The notes under the pieces are model-generated. The model was not told where the DNA came from. It worked only from the letters and a program-made list of their open reading frames with translations, and made no database searches. Positions 18,810-28,308 of a DNA stretch of 45,764 nt are shown piece after piece. Where the stretch lies: the NCBI GenBank assembly GCA_964452095.1, contig CAYVKX010000001.1, positions 17,535-63,298 on the forward strand, read 5' to 3'. The position numbers and the translations under genes are program-made. Every line of letters starts with the position of its first letter. Positions within the stretch are counted from its first letter, which is position 1. The stretch comes from an uncultured Weeksellaceae bacterium (lineage in GTDB: Bacteria; Bacteroidota; Bacteroidia; Flavobacteriales; BACL11).

Positions 18810-19930
18810 TATCTATCTATATCTGGGATTACTAAATCTAAGGTTGACATTATTGTAACTAAATCAGCAATTTTACCTCCTTGTGCCATAGTATTAAGTG
18901 CATTTAAATTTGAAAATCCTGGTGAACGAAATTTAACTCTATAAGGGTTTTTCTTCCCATCACTATTAATATATACACCCAGTTCTCCTCTTGCAGTTTC
19001 TACCGATTGATAAATTTCAGTTTTGGGTAATTTAATAACCGCTTTTGTTTTTTCTCTATAATTTCCTTCAGGGATATTATCAATTAATTGCTCAATAATA
19101 TCCATTGACTCCCACATTTCCTGTATTCTTGCTTTGTATCTTGCAAAGGAATCGCCCTCAGTGTAAACTATTTCTTTAAAATCTACTCTATCGTATGCTG
19201 AATATGGATTTGACTTTCTGATATCATTACTCCAGCCAGAAGCTCTACCACTTGGACCCGTTACTCCATAAGAAATTGCATCTTCTGTTGTAAGAATTCC
19301 AATTCCTTCAGTTCTGTTTCTGAAAATTACATTGTTAGTCATTAACTGATCGTACTCTGGTAATTTTTTTCTAAAATGAGTGATAAACTCCTTTACTTTA
19401 GTTTGAAAGTTTGCTGGGATGTCGAACATTACTCCACCAGGAACATTGTAGTTCATAGTTAATCTGGCACCACAAGTTTCTTCAAAGATATCAGTAATCA
19501 TTTCTCTATCACGAAAACCGTAAAGGAAAGATGTAATCGCACCTAAATCCATTCCCATTACTCCCCACCAAAGTTGATGTGAAGAAAGACGAGTAAGTTC
19601 GGACATTATTGTTCTTATTACTTTTACTCTATCAGAAACCTCTAATTCCAAACCTTTTTCTACAGCTAAACAAACTGCTTCATTATTCATATGACAAGAT
19701 AAGTAATCCATCCTATCTGTTAAATGAACGATTTGTTGGTAAGAATCTTTTTCACACATCTTTTCAATTGATCTGTGAATGTATCCTAAATGAGGCTCCA
19801 CATTTGTAATTGTTTCCCCATCTAAAGTTAGTAATAAACGCAAAACCCCATGTGTTGAAGGGTGTTGAGGTCCCATATTCACAAAATACTCTTGTGATTC
19901 AGTGGCTTTATGTAGTTCTTTTACGCTCAT
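18809..19930 (-). CDS. nuoD: NADH-quinone oxidoreductase subunit D
   Basis: 373 aa with [25 protein letters not shown] and the C-terminal DLVIPDIDR. Its stop shares base 18809 with the nuoH start. Confidence 0.95.
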   Translation of the reverse strand: MSVKELHKATESQEYFVNMGPQHPSTHGVLRLLLTLDGETITNVEPHLGYIHRSIEKMCEKDSYQQIVHLTDRMDYLSCHMNNEAVCLAVEKGLELEVSDRVKVIRTIMSELTRLSSHQLWWGVMGMDLGAITSFLYGFRDREMITDIFEETCGARLTMNYNVPGGVMFDIPANFQTKVKEFITHFRKKLPEYDQLMTNNVIFRNRTEGIGILTTEDAISYGVTGPSGRASGWSNDIRKSNPYSAYDRVDFKEIVYTEGDSFARYKARIQEMWESMDIIEQLIDNIPEGNYREKTKAVIKLPKTEIYQSVETARGELGVYINSDGKKNPYRVKFRSPGFSNLNALNTMAQGGKIADLVTIMSTLDLVIPDIDR

Positions 19931-20397
19931 TATAATTCTACAATATTTATTTCATCAACATAATCCTTTCTTAGAGGGTATCCTTCCCACTCATCATCTA
20001 AAAGTATTCTTCTTAAATCAGGATGATTATTGAATTTTATTCCAAATAAATCAAAGATTTCTCTCTCGTGATAATCTGCTGTTTTGTATAAATCATAAAC
20101 TGAATCAATAACTGCTTTTTCTCTGCCTTCTATCTTTGCTTTTACAACAATTTCATGATTATGAGTTGTTGATCGTAAATGATAAATTACTTCTAAGTGT
20201 GCAGGAAAATCAATTCCTGTTTGACAAAAAAGATAGTCAAAAGAAGTATTAGAATTGTTTTTAAGTTCTGAAATAAGTTGATGTATGTTTTCAGAAGAAA
20301 CTTCAATTGTTAAGTATTGTGTTTCAACTTCTGATTCTGGGATAGTTATTTCTATACCAAATGAATTGATTTTATTTTCTAACTCTGACCTTTTCAT
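19930..20397 (-). CDS. nuoC: NADH-quinone oxidoreductase subunit C
   Basis: 155 aa with YHEREIFDLFGIKFNNHPDLRRIL and WEGYPLRKDY. Confidence 0.9.
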   Translation of the reverse strand: MKRSELENKINSFGIEITIPESEVETQYLTIEVSSENIHQLISELKNNSNTSFDYLFCQTGIDFPAHLEVIYHLRSTTHNHEIVVKAKIEGREKAVIDSVYDLYKTADYHEREIFDLFGIKFNNHPDLRRILLDDEWEGYPLRKDYVDEINIVEL

Positions 20398-20972
20398 TAA
20401 ATAAAATCTTCCATTGCATCTCTTGGGTTAGAGATAGATTCAGTCTTAATTTTCTTTTGTAACTCCATAATTCCGTGTAATAAAGATTCTGGTCTTGGAG
20501 GGCATCCAGGGACATATACATCAACAGGAATAATATGATCGGCACCTTTTACTACAGAGTATGAATTATAGAAAAATGGTCCTCCTGAAATTGCACAAGC
20601 ACCCATTGCAATTACATATTTTGGTTCTGCCATTTGATCGTAAAGTCTTTTTAAAACAGGAGCCATTTTATTGGTTATTGTACCAGCAATTACAATTAAA
20701 TCGGCTTGCCTAGGTGTTGCTCTTGCAACCTCTACACCAAATCTTGCCCAATCATGTTTTGAACTACCAGCTGCCATCATTTCAATTGCACAACAAGATG
20801 TACCAAAAACTAATGGCCATAGTGAGTTGGCTCTTGACCAATTTATAATACTATCAATTGAGGTAACAACTATATTTGCACCATTTCCAGCTGGTAAAAC
20901 TTCACCAGGAAAATCAGAAGGAACTTGAGTTTTTTCTGATGGAGTAGGAGTATTTGAGTTATCTATTCCCAT
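20397..20972 (-). CDS. nuoB: NADH-quinone oxidoreductase subunit B
   Basis: [17 protein letters not shown] and GCPPRPE are the N2 cluster ligand motifs. The ATG at 20972 is preferred to the TTG at 20993. Confidence 0.93.
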   Translation of the reverse strand: MGIDNSNTPTPSEKTQVPSDFPGEVLPAGNGANIVVTSIDSIINWSRANSLWPLVFGTSCCAIEMMAAGSSKHDWARFGVEVARATPRQADLIVIAGTITNKMAPVLKRLYDQMAEPKYVIAMGACAISGGPFFYNSYSVVKGADHIIPVDVYVPGCPPRPESLLHGIMELQKKIKTESISNPRDAMEDFI

Positions 20973-21313
20973 TTTAATGCATCTTTTTTCCAAGCATAAA
21001 TAAGTCCTAAACCAAGTATTACAAAGAAAATTACAATTTCAATAAATGCAACTATTCCCATTTCTTTCATCACTGTTGCCCATGGAAAAATGAAAACAGT
21101 TTCTACATCAAATATTAGGAATAAAATAGCGAATAAATAATATCCAACTTTAAATTGTAACCAAGATGGACCTTGAGTTGGGATTCCACATTCAAAGGCT
21201 TCTTCTTTTACTGCATTTTTCTTTTTAGGAGAAAGTAATGAGGAAAGAAAAGTTCCCACACCTACCATTACAATACCTGCTAGGAAAAATAAAATTAGTG
21301 CTTCTGAATTCAT
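20963..21313 (-). CDS. nuoA: NADH-quinone oxidoreductase subunit A
   Basis: 116 aa with three TM helices and FECGIP, FLIFDVE motifs. Confidence 0.9.
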   Translation of the reverse strand: MNSEALILFFLAGIVMVGVGTFLSSLLSPKKKNAVKEEAFECGIPTQGPSWLQFKVGYYLFAILFLIFDVETVFIFPWATVMKEMGIVAFIEIVIFFVILGLGLIYAWKKDALKWE

Positions 21314-21338
21314 AAGGTTAGTTTATACAATTATAAGA

Positions 21339-22361
21339 TTAATTTACTTCCCAAGTGTCTCCACTATTAAATAAATCATCAGAAGTTTTAAACTTAGAAT
21401 TTTTGATATTTTCTTCTAATTGAGAAACTACTCCTTCATCATAAGTAAGTTCATTTACCGCTCTAATAACCCCCATGGCAACTGGGAAATTAGGAGCTTG
21501 CATAGTAGATAACATCATATGTAATGTGATGTCTTTTTCTTTCGAATCATGAACTAAAATATCCTTTTCAGTAATCCCATCTTCACCAATAGTAACAACC
21601 TCTAATTTTAATCCATTAAGAATAATTCCCTTATTACTTTCAGAACCAAAAACCATTGGTTTTCCATCTTCTAACCAAAGTTGCATATCGTGTTTTACTT
21701 CTTTAGCTGTAATATCACCATGCGTTTTATCATTAAAAATAACACAGTTTTGAAGAATCTCAACTAATGAAGTTCCTCTATGATTTTCAGCTGCTAAAAA
21801 TACTGCTTGCATAGCTTTTGGGTTAGTATCAGGCACTCTTGCAATAAAAGTAGACCCAGATCCTAAAGCTAATTTAGCTGGGATAAAAGGGTTATCTGTT
21901 GTTCCATGAGGATTAGATTTTGTTTTAATTCCAGTAGGTGAAGTAGGAGAGAACTGACCTTTTGTGAGTCCGTATATCTCGTTATTAAATAGAATAATAT
22001 TTAAGTCAATATTTCTTCTGATGGCGTGAATGAAGTGATTTCCACCAATCGCTAAAGCATCACCATCACCAGTAATTTGCCAAACTTTTAATTTAGGATT
22101 CGCTAATTTTACTCCAGTTGCAATTGCAGGGGCTCTACCATGAATGGTATGAAATCCGTAAGTATTCATGTAATATGGGAATCGAGATGAACATCCAATT
22201 CCTGCAATAAATACATAGTCTTCTTTATTTGTTTCTAACTGAGGCAATGCTTTTTGTATTGATCTTAAAATCGCATAATCACCACAACCAGGACACCACT
22301 TTACTTCTTGGTCGGATGTAAAATCTTTATTTGTTAGTTTTTTAACTTCTAATTCTGACAT
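21339..22361 (-). CDS. korB: 2-oxoglutarate:ferredoxin (2-oxoacid:acceptor) oxidoreductase, beta subunit
   Basis: 340 aa with the WCPGCGDY cluster/TPP region and the GDGDALAIGGNHF TPP-binding motif. Confidence 0.9.
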   Translation of the reverse strand: MSELEVKKLTNKDFTSDQEVKWCPGCGDYAILRSIQKALPQLETNKEDYVFIAGIGCSSRFPYYMNTYGFHTIHGRAPAIATGVKLANPKLKVWQITGDGDALAIGGNHFIHAIRRNIDLNIILFNNEIYGLTKGQFSPTSPTGIKTKSNPHGTTDNPFIPAKLALGSGSTFIARVPDTNPKAMQAVFLAAENHRGTSLVEILQNCVIFNDKTHGDITAKEVKHDMQLWLEDGKPMVFGSESNKGIILNGLKLEVVTIGEDGITEKDILVHDSKEKDITLHMMLSTMQAPNFPVAMGVIRAVNELTYDEGVVSQLEENIKNSKFKTSDDLFNSGDTWEVN

Positions 22362-22363
22362 AA

Positions 22364-24202
22364 TTATGATAATAAAGTGTTAAAGTGTTCTTTTAGTTCG
22401 CTAGTTTTAAACGGTAAACCTTGAATGTGATTGAATTGCTCATATTTAAAATCAGTATGCTTCATTCTTAAAAGATTTACAAATTGTCCGTTATTAATCT
22501 CACAAACTACAATTGTTTTAAATTTTGCAAAAATGTCTGCTGTGTTTTTTGGCATTGGATTGATGTAATTAAAATGAGCTAATGAAACATTTTTTCCATC
22601 TTCCCTCATTTCCTTTACAGCTGTATAAAGAGCTCCATAAGTACCTCCCCAACCTACTACTAATACATCACCTTCATCATCCCCAAATACCTCCTGGTTA
22701 GGAATAAAGTTAGCAACTTTATCCACTTTCCCTTGTCGTAAATTAGTCATTACTTCATGGTTGTCAGTATCATAAGAAACATTACCAGTCAATTCATCTT
22801 TTTCCAACCCTCCTAATCTGTGTTCTAGTCCAGGAGTTCCAGGAATTGCATGCTTTCTAGCAAGTTTTTCAGTATCTCTTGCGTAAGGTTGCCAATCCTC
22901 TCCTTCTTTAGCTACTAAAGGAGTAATGTCTGGCATATCTTTTACTGATTTAATTTTCCAAGGTCCAGCTCCATTTCCTAAGTATCCATCAGTTAATAAA
23001 ACTACTGGAGTGTTATGTTCAAGTGCTAATCTTGATGCTTCAAATGCCCAATCAAAACAATTTGAAGGAGTAGAAGCCGCTACTACTACTACTGGACTTT
23101 CTCCATTTCTACCGTAAAGAGCTTGTAGTAAATCTGATTGTTCCGTTTTTGTTGGCAAACCTGTTGATGGTCCGCCTCTTTGTACATTTACAACAACTAA
23201 AGGCAATTCAGCTATCATTGCAAGCCCAAGAGCTTCCCCTTTAAGTGCTAAACCAGGTCCTGAAGTTGTAGTAATTGCTAAATTACCAGCAAAGCTAGCT
23301 CCAATTGATGAGCAAATCCCAGCAATTTCATCTTCAGCTTGAAAAGTTTTAACTCCTAAATTTTTATGTTTTGCTAATTCGTGTAAAATATCAGTAGCTG
23401 GAGTAATAGGGTAGGATCCTAAAAATAATTCTTTTCCTGCTTTTTCAGCTGCTGCTATAAATCCCCAAGCAGTTGCTTGATTTCCCATTACATTCTTATA
23501 GGTACCTGCTTCAATCTCTGCTTTTGCTACTGTATATGATGATGGTAATGCTTCAATAGTATCAGCAAAATTATAACCAGCATGCATTACTTTAATATTT
23601 GATTCAACAACTAAAGGTTTTTTAGCAAATTTAGCCTTTAAGAAGTTCTCAGTTTGTTCCATTGGACGATTAAACATCCAGTAAACCATACCAAGTGCGA
23701 ACATATTTTTACTTCTTCCAATACTTTTTCCATCTAATCCAGAATCAGATAATGTTTCTCTTGTTAAAGATGTGATAGGTGCTGAAACAACATTATAACC
23801 TTCAAATGACCCGTCCTCTAAAGGACTCTCATCATAACCTGCTTTTTGTAAATCTTTCTTAGCAAAAGAATCGCTATTTACTATAATTGTTCCACCATTT
23901 TTAACCCAAACTTTATTAGCCTTTAAAGCTGCTGGATTCATAGCAACTAACACATCAGCCACATCTCCTGGAGTGTTAATTTCTATATTTCCAATATGAA
24001 CCTGAAAACCTGACACACCAGCTACAGTTCCAATAGGAGCTCTAATCTCTGCTGGGTAATCTGGAAAAGTTGCTAAATCATTTCCTAAAAGTGCGGAAGT
24101 GTCAGTAAATTGTGTTCCTGTTAATTGCATCCCGTCTCCGGAATCCCCTGCAAACTTGATAACTACTTTTTCAAGTTCTACAGCATTGTTATTTGTACTC
24201 AT
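22364..24202 (-). CDS. korA: 2-oxoglutarate:ferredoxin (2-oxoacid:acceptor) oxidoreductase, alpha subunit (fused gamma+alpha domains)
   Basis: About 612 aa with FAGDSGDGMQLTG at the N-terminus and GSYPITPATDILH. The ATG at 24202 is preferred to the TTG at 24235. Confidence 0.9.
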   Translation of the reverse strand: MSTNNNAVELEKVVIKFAGDSGDGMQLTGTQFTDTSALLGNDLATFPDYPAEIRAPIGTVAGVSGFQVHIGNIEINTPGDVADVLVAMNPAALKANKVWVKNGGTIIVNSDSFAKKDLQKAGYDESPLEDGSFEGYNVVSAPITSLTRETLSDSGLDGKSIGRSKNMFALGMVYWMFNRPMEQTENFLKAKFAKKPLVVESNIKVMHAGYNFADTIEALPSSYTVAKAEIEAGTYKNVMGNQATAWGFIAAAEKAGKELFLGSYPITPATDILHELAKHKNLGVKTFQAEDEIAGICSSIGASFAGNLAITTTSGPGLALKGEALGLAMIAELPLVVVNVQRGGPSTGLPTKTEQSDLLQALYGRNGESPVVVVAASTPSNCFDWAFEASRLALEHNTPVVLLTDGYLGNGAGPWKIKSVKDMPDITPLVAKEGEDWQPYARDTEKLARKHAIPGTPGLEHRLGGLEKDELTGNVSYDTDNHEVMTNLRQGKVDKVANFIPNQEVFGDDEGDVLVVGWGGTYGALYTAVKEMREDGKNVSLAHFNYINPMPKNTADIFAKFKTIVVCEINNGQFVNLLRMKHTDFKYEQFNHIQGLPFKTSELKEHFNTLLS

Positions 24203-24232
24203 TTGTAGTATTATAGAGTTATAAATTGCAGG

Positions 24233-24240
24233 CAAAAATA
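24233..24240 (-). promoter_or_regulatory. -7 box TATTTTTG (minus strand) upstream of korA
   Basis: The plus strand reads CAAAAATA, an exact TAnnTTTG on the minus strand, 30 nt upstream of the korA ATG. Confidence 0.45.
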
Positions 24241-24366
24241 CACACCTTCATACACTTAACATACTTTTTTCTTAACTTTTTTTAGTGTTTTTTAACATTG
24301 AATCCAATGCCCTTATTTAGAATTGTTATAAATCTTAATTGGATGTTGTACAAATAAAAAATTCTA

Positions 24367-24374
24367 TATTTTTG
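24367..24374 (+). promoter_or_regulatory. -7 box TATTTTTG upstream of the ferredoxin gene
   Basis: Exact TAnnTTTG match. A TTG lies at 24346..24348, 18 nt upstream, and the ATG is 31 nt downstream. Confidence 0.45.
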
Positions 24375-24405
24375 CATTAATTAAAAACCAAAAAATAAAT
24401 TAAAA

Positions 24406-24723
24406 ATGGCAATTAAAATTACAGATGATTGTATCAATTGTGAGGCTTGCGAGCCAGAATGTCCAAATAATGCAATTTACGCTCCTGAAGAAGCTTGGAA
24501 GTTTTCTGATGGGACAACAATGGAAGATGATCAAGAGAGAGAAGATGGCGGTTTTTCTGATGAATTTTTCTATATAGCAACTGATAAATGTACTGAGTGC
24601 AAAGGGTTTAATGATGAGCCAGCTTGTGAGGCAGTTTGCCCAGTTGATTGTTGTGTTCCTGATGAAGACAATGAAGAATCGGAAGATGAGTTATTAGCAA
24701 AGAAAGATAAGCTACACGCTTAA
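24406..24723 (+). CDS. 2x[4Fe-4S] ferredoxin (Alvin-type spacing) with acidic insert and tail
   Basis: 105 aa with CINCEACEPECP (CxxCxxCxxxCP) and CTECKGFNDEPACEAVCP (CxxCx8CxxxCP). Confidence 0.85.
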   Translation: MAIKITDDCINCEACEPECPNNAIYAPEEAWKFSDGTTMEDDQEREDGGFSDEFFYIATDKCTECKGFNDEPACEAVCPVDCCVPDEDNEESEDELLAKKDKLHA

Positions 24724-24742
24724 ATTCAGTAATTGAAAATTG

Positions 24743-24770
24743 AAAAAAGCCCTGCAAGAGGGCTTTTTTT
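24743..24770. terminator. bidirectional rho-independent terminator between ferredoxin and M1 aminopeptidase
   Basis: AAAAAAGCCCT-GCAAG-AGGGCTTTTTTT: a 6-bp GC-rich stem flanked by an A-run and a T-run, sitting between two convergent stops. Confidence 0.75.
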
Positions 24771-27171
24771 AGTTTTTAATATTTTCTAAAAGTTTTATTT
24801 GCTCGGTGGAATGTTCTTTTTTCATTTCTGCTTTTAACCATTTCTTGCATTCTGGAATTTTGTATAATTCATTCAGATATTTTTTGGCAGGATTTTTTAA
24901 TCTTCTGTTAGGGTTGTACAAAGCAGTTAATAAATTCTCAAACAAATCTCTATTATAAATTCCTTTTGATTGGAGCAAACGAATTGCATTTGTTCTTGTC
25001 AAAAATTCATAAGAAGATGAGGTGAATTCAATTAATTGATCTGCCGCCATCACAGAATCGTTACTAAGTCCGTACTCTAATAGTAATCCTAATTTGCTAA
25101 TTGAAAGTTTTCTTCCATAATCATTTTCTCCATCAACATTTCTATCAATATCTTGATACAAAAAATCAGGATTAAAAGCAGTCAATTTTTTTAGGGCAAC
25201 TTCTTTATTTCTATAAGACAAATCATCCAAAGCTTTCACAAAAAAATCAACATTATTTTCTGTAATTTCTAACTTTTTTAGAATAGCATTTTTAACTTTA
25301 ACATCATTTTGGCTTTTGTGTTTGTCTTTTAAATCCTCTATTAATAGTGCCACATCTTCTTCTTTCATCTGATAGATTACTTCCGTTTTTAGTAAGTGAA
25401 ACTCCTCTTTATTAAACAGCTGAAAAAGTAATCCTCTTTTTTTGGAGTATGTAATATCTCTTAAAGCAAAAAGCGCATCATATCTATCCAATAAATTCTC
25501 AGCACTTACTATTTGTGCTTTTAGCATATTTATAGGTTTTTCAAAACTTACATTTTTCAAAATTTTATTGTCTGCATCAAATAGTACATAAGCCACTTTT
25601 TTGCCAAAAGGGACTTTTATTTTTACCACTTCCTTTTGCTTTTCAACCCATTCTTTTTTACTTATAAAAGAGCCATCAGTAAAATAAATTTCAAAAACAA
25701 TTGGCATTTTAAAAAAGCTAACAAGCTCGGATGTATCCTGCAATTGCTCAATGGTAAAAGTTATTTCTTGCAGAGATTTTTTGTAGCTGACATTGTAGTT
25801 TGGCTCACCACCTCTGTAAATCCACTCCTCCCAAAACCAATCTAACGATAAGCCAAGAGTTTCGTGAAAAGCAATTAATAAATCCTCAGAATCTACATTT
25901 TGGTATGCGTGTTTTTCTAAATAATGCTTAATGGATTTTCGGTATTCTTCTTCACCAACCACATATTTTAGCATATCTAAAACCATAGCTCCTTTTGGGT
26001 ATTTTCGTACAGAACCAGAAAAAGAACAACCAATAGGATCGTTATTTTTAAGTGCTTCTTTCAGGGATTTTTCTTTTGCTTTTCTTCTGGTGTTATCAAA
26101 ATAATCTTTACCAAAAAACTCTTTTTCTACCATATAACCATAATAAGTAGCAAAACTTTCTTGCAGCCAATGATGAGAGGAAGTGCGAGCAGTTACACAA
26201 TCGCCAAACCACTGATGAGCCAATTCGTGAGCATTTACATACACATAATTTATATCGTTAAAACTGATAGAATCCACAAAATAAAAATCGCCAAAAAGAG
26301 TGGCGGTGGTGTTTTCCATAGCGCCATACATAAAATCTTGAACGGGAATTTGAGCATAACTTCCCCAAGGATAAGGCACATCAATTTCCTTTTCCAAATA
26401 GTCAAACATCTCTTTGCTCAAATGATAAGCGGAAGCAACTCTACTTTCCCAATCGGGATAATAATACAAATTAAGTGGCGTGCCGTTTTCAGCTTCTTTT
26501 TTCAAAATATTGTACTCTCCAATTCCCAGCATTAAAAGGTAAGATGGCTGAGGTTTTGTCATTTTGTAGTGCCATTTTATCAAATCTCCTTCTTCTGTTT
26601 TATTAATCAAATTTCCGTTTGATAATACTTTATATTCTTTATCAAAATGCACTATGAGTTCGGTAAGGAGTTTGTCATTCATATCATCATAATGCGGAAT
26701 CCAATGCCGATTATCAATACCTTGTCCTTGTGTCCAAATTTGTTTTCTGCTCAAATTTCTATCATCATTCCAACCAATAAAATAAAGTCCTTTTCTAGGG
26801 AAACAATGATAATCTATTGTAATTGTATATTCATTTTCCCAACTTAAAGCATCCATAAATTTTAGGGTAATTCCTTTCTCATTTTTAGAAAAAATAATTT
26901 CTTTTTCATCCATTAAAACACTATGGATATTGATGCCAGGAGCATCCAAGAAAAGTGTGTCAATTTTGGCTTGAAGTGGAGTAAAAGTGAGTTTTACATT
27001 AGCAATTACTTTCCCAATATTTGGCTCAAAACTTAGTTCCAAAAGCATTTTTTGCATATCTACATTATGCTCTCTTGGGGAGAGTTTATCATCTTTTACA
27101 TACACTCTATTTTGACTAAAAATAGAAAGCGAAAAAGAACAAAAAAGTAAAAGAAAAAGTTTATTTTTCAT
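24769..27171 (-). CDS. secreted M1-family zinc aminopeptidase with C-terminal helical-repeat domain
   Basis: 800 aa with a signal-peptide-like N-terminus, the GAMEN exopeptidase motif, and HELAHQWFGD plus a downstream E (HExxH-18-E). Confidence 0.9.
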   Translation of the reverse strand: MKNKLFLLLFCSFSLSIFSQNRVYVKDDKLSPREHNVDMQKMLLELSFEPNIGKVIANVKLTFTPLQAKIDTLFLDAPGINIHSVLMDEKEIIFSKNEKGITLKFMDALSWENEYTITIDYHCFPRKGLYFIGWNDDRNLSRKQIWTQGQGIDNRHWIPHYDDMNDKLLTELIVHFDKEYKVLSNGNLINKTEEGDLIKWHYKMTKPQPSYLLMLGIGEYNILKKEAENGTPLNLYYYPDWESRVASAYHLSKEMFDYLEKEIDVPYPWGSYAQIPVQDFMYGAMENTTATLFGDFYFVDSISFNDINYVYVNAHELAHQWFGDCVTARTSSHHWLQESFATYYGYMVEKEFFGKDYFDNTRRKAKEKSLKEALKNNDPIGCSFSGSVRKYPKGAMVLDMLKYVVGEEEYRKSIKHYLEKHAYQNVDSEDLLIAFHETLGLSLDWFWEEWIYRGGEPNYNVSYKKSLQEITFTIEQLQDTSELVSFFKMPIVFEIYFTDGSFISKKEWVEKQKEVVKIKVPFGKKVAYVLFDADNKILKNVSFEKPINMLKAQIVSAENLLDRYDALFALRDITYSKKRGLLFQLFNKEEFHLLKTEVIYQMKEEDVALLIEDLKDKHKSQNDVKVKNAILKKLEITENNVDFFVKALDDLSYRNKEVALKKLTAFNPDFLYQDIDRNVDGENDYGRKLSISKLGLLLEYGLSNDSVMAADQLIEFTSSSYEFLTRTNAIRLLQSKGIYNRDLFENLLTALYNPNRRLKNPAKKYLNELYKIPECKKWLKAEMKKEHSTEQIKLLENIKN

Positions 27172-27754
27172 TTGCTATCACCTGAATATCAGGATTTAGT
27201 TTTTGTTTTAATAAAGATTCAATTCCACCTTTAAGCGTACTAGTTGCTGATGGACAACCACTGCAAGCGCCTTTCAAATCCACACAAACAATATTATCTT
27301 TATAATAATTAAGTGTGATTGCTCCACCATCTCCTTCAACTGCTGGCTTAATGTATTGATTTAATATTGCTTCCACTTCTTTCTCGCTCTCATTGAATTC
27401 TCGTATAGTTAATTCCTTACTTTCAGGGTTAATACTTTCAGTTGAGTTTTCTGATTTTATATGTTCAGTATAATTCTTTACTTCATTACTATTAAGATGA
27501 TCAGCAATAAATATTCTGAGTTGCATTGCAATATCTTCCCATTGAATTGCATCAGTTTTTGAAATAGAAATAAAGTTATAACTTAAATAAATGCTTTTTA
27601 CAAAAGGAAATTTTAACAACTCCTCAGCAATAGAAATCCCTTGTGCTTCTTGGGGTGTAGCTGCCTCTATACTTTTATCTGCCAACATTCTATTTGCAAC
27701 AAATTTCATTACTTCCGGGTTTGGAGTGCTTTCAGCATAGATACTATAATTCAT
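27161..27754 (-). CDS. Nfu/NifU-family Fe-S cluster assembly protein
   Basis: Nfu_N-like start (STPNPEVMKF) and C-terminal CSGCPSATSTLKGGIE. The ATG at 27754 is preferred. The 3' end overlaps the aminopeptidase start by 11 nt. Confidence 0.85.
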   Translation of the reverse strand: MNYSIYAESTPNPEVMKFVANRMLADKSIEAATPQEAQGISIAEELLKFPFVKSIYLSYNFISISKTDAIQWEDIAMQLRIFIADHLNSNEVKNYTEHIKSENSTESINPESKELTIREFNESEKEVEAILNQYIKPAVEGDGGAITLNYYKDNIVCVDLKGACSGCPSATSTLKGGIESLLKQKLNPDIQVIANEK

Positions 27755-27760
27755 AATGTT

Positions 27761-27768
27761 TACTTTTG
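27761..27768 (+). promoter_or_regulatory. -7 box TACTTTTG for the gamma-CA-like gene
   Basis: Exact TAnnTTTG match, 24 nt before the ATG at 27793. Confidence 0.4.
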
Positions 27769-27770
27769 TG

Positions 27771-27778
27771 CAAAAATA
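27771..27778 (-). promoter_or_regulatory. -7 box TATTTTTG (minus strand) for the Nfu gene
   Basis: The plus strand reads CAAAAATA, 16 nt upstream of the ATG at 27754. A second identical box lies at 27783..27790. Confidence 0.4.
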
Positions 27779-27792
27779 CAAACAAAAATAGT

Positions 27793-28308
27793 ATGGCATT
27801 AATTAAAAGTGTAAAAGGTAAATCACCAATTTTTGGAGCGAATGTATATCTAGCAGAAAACGCAACAGTTGTTGGGGAAGTTGAATTGGGAGAGGATTGT
27901 AGCGTGTGGTTTTCGGCAGTGGTAAGAGGTGATGTAAATTCCATAAAGATGGGGAACAAAGTAAATATTCAAGATGGTGCAGTTGTGCATTGTACTTATA
28001 AAAAAGCGGCTACTGTTCTTGGGAATAATGTTTCAGTTGGACATAATGCATTGGTTCACGGCTGCACAATTAAAGACAATGTACTTATTGGAATGGGTGC
28101 AATTGTAATGGATGGAGTGGTAGTTGAAAGCAACTCAATAGTTGCTGCTGGAGCTGTTGTTCTAGAAGGAACACATATAGAATCTGGAGCGATTTATGCG
28201 GGAGTTCCTGCCAAAAAAGTAAAAGATTTAGATGAAGAACAAACAGCAATATTGATTGAGGGAATTTCAGATAATTATGTGCTTTATTCTTCTTGGTTTA
28301 AAGATTAA
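27793..28308 (+). CDS. gamma-carbonic-anhydrase-family / left-handed beta-helix (hexapeptide repeat) protein
   Basis: Start at MALIKSVKGKSPIFGANVYLAENATVVGEV. Hexapeptide repeats with the His residues typical of the YrdA/PaaY group. Confidence 0.85.
   Translation: MALIKSVKGKSPIFGANVYLAENATVVGEVELGEDCSVWFSAVVRGDVNSIKMGNKVNIQDGAVVHCTYKKAATVLGNNVSVGHNALVHGCTIKDNVLIGMGAIVMDGVVVESNSIVAAGAVVLEGTHIESGAIYAGVPAKKVKDLDEEQTAILIEGISDNYVLYSSWFKD

Noticed and set aside
12698-23117. Plus-strand ORFs within the kor-nuo block (12698..12901, 13408..13647, 18451..18765, 19609..19809, 20671..20928, 22926..23117)
   Set aside because: Each is embedded antisense in a strongly supported nuo or kor gene. They have no start-site context or recognisable domains.
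25636-26847. Plus-strand ORFs (25636..25845, 26161..26535, 26647..26847) inside the M1 aminopeptidase gene
   Set aside because: They are antisense shadows of a gene with clear GAMEN and HExxH motifs.
27744-27959. 71-aa minus-strand ORF spanning the Nfu / gamma-CA-like promoter region
   Set aside because: It overlaps the start of the hexapeptide-repeat gene antisense and covers both predicted promoters. It has no motif support.
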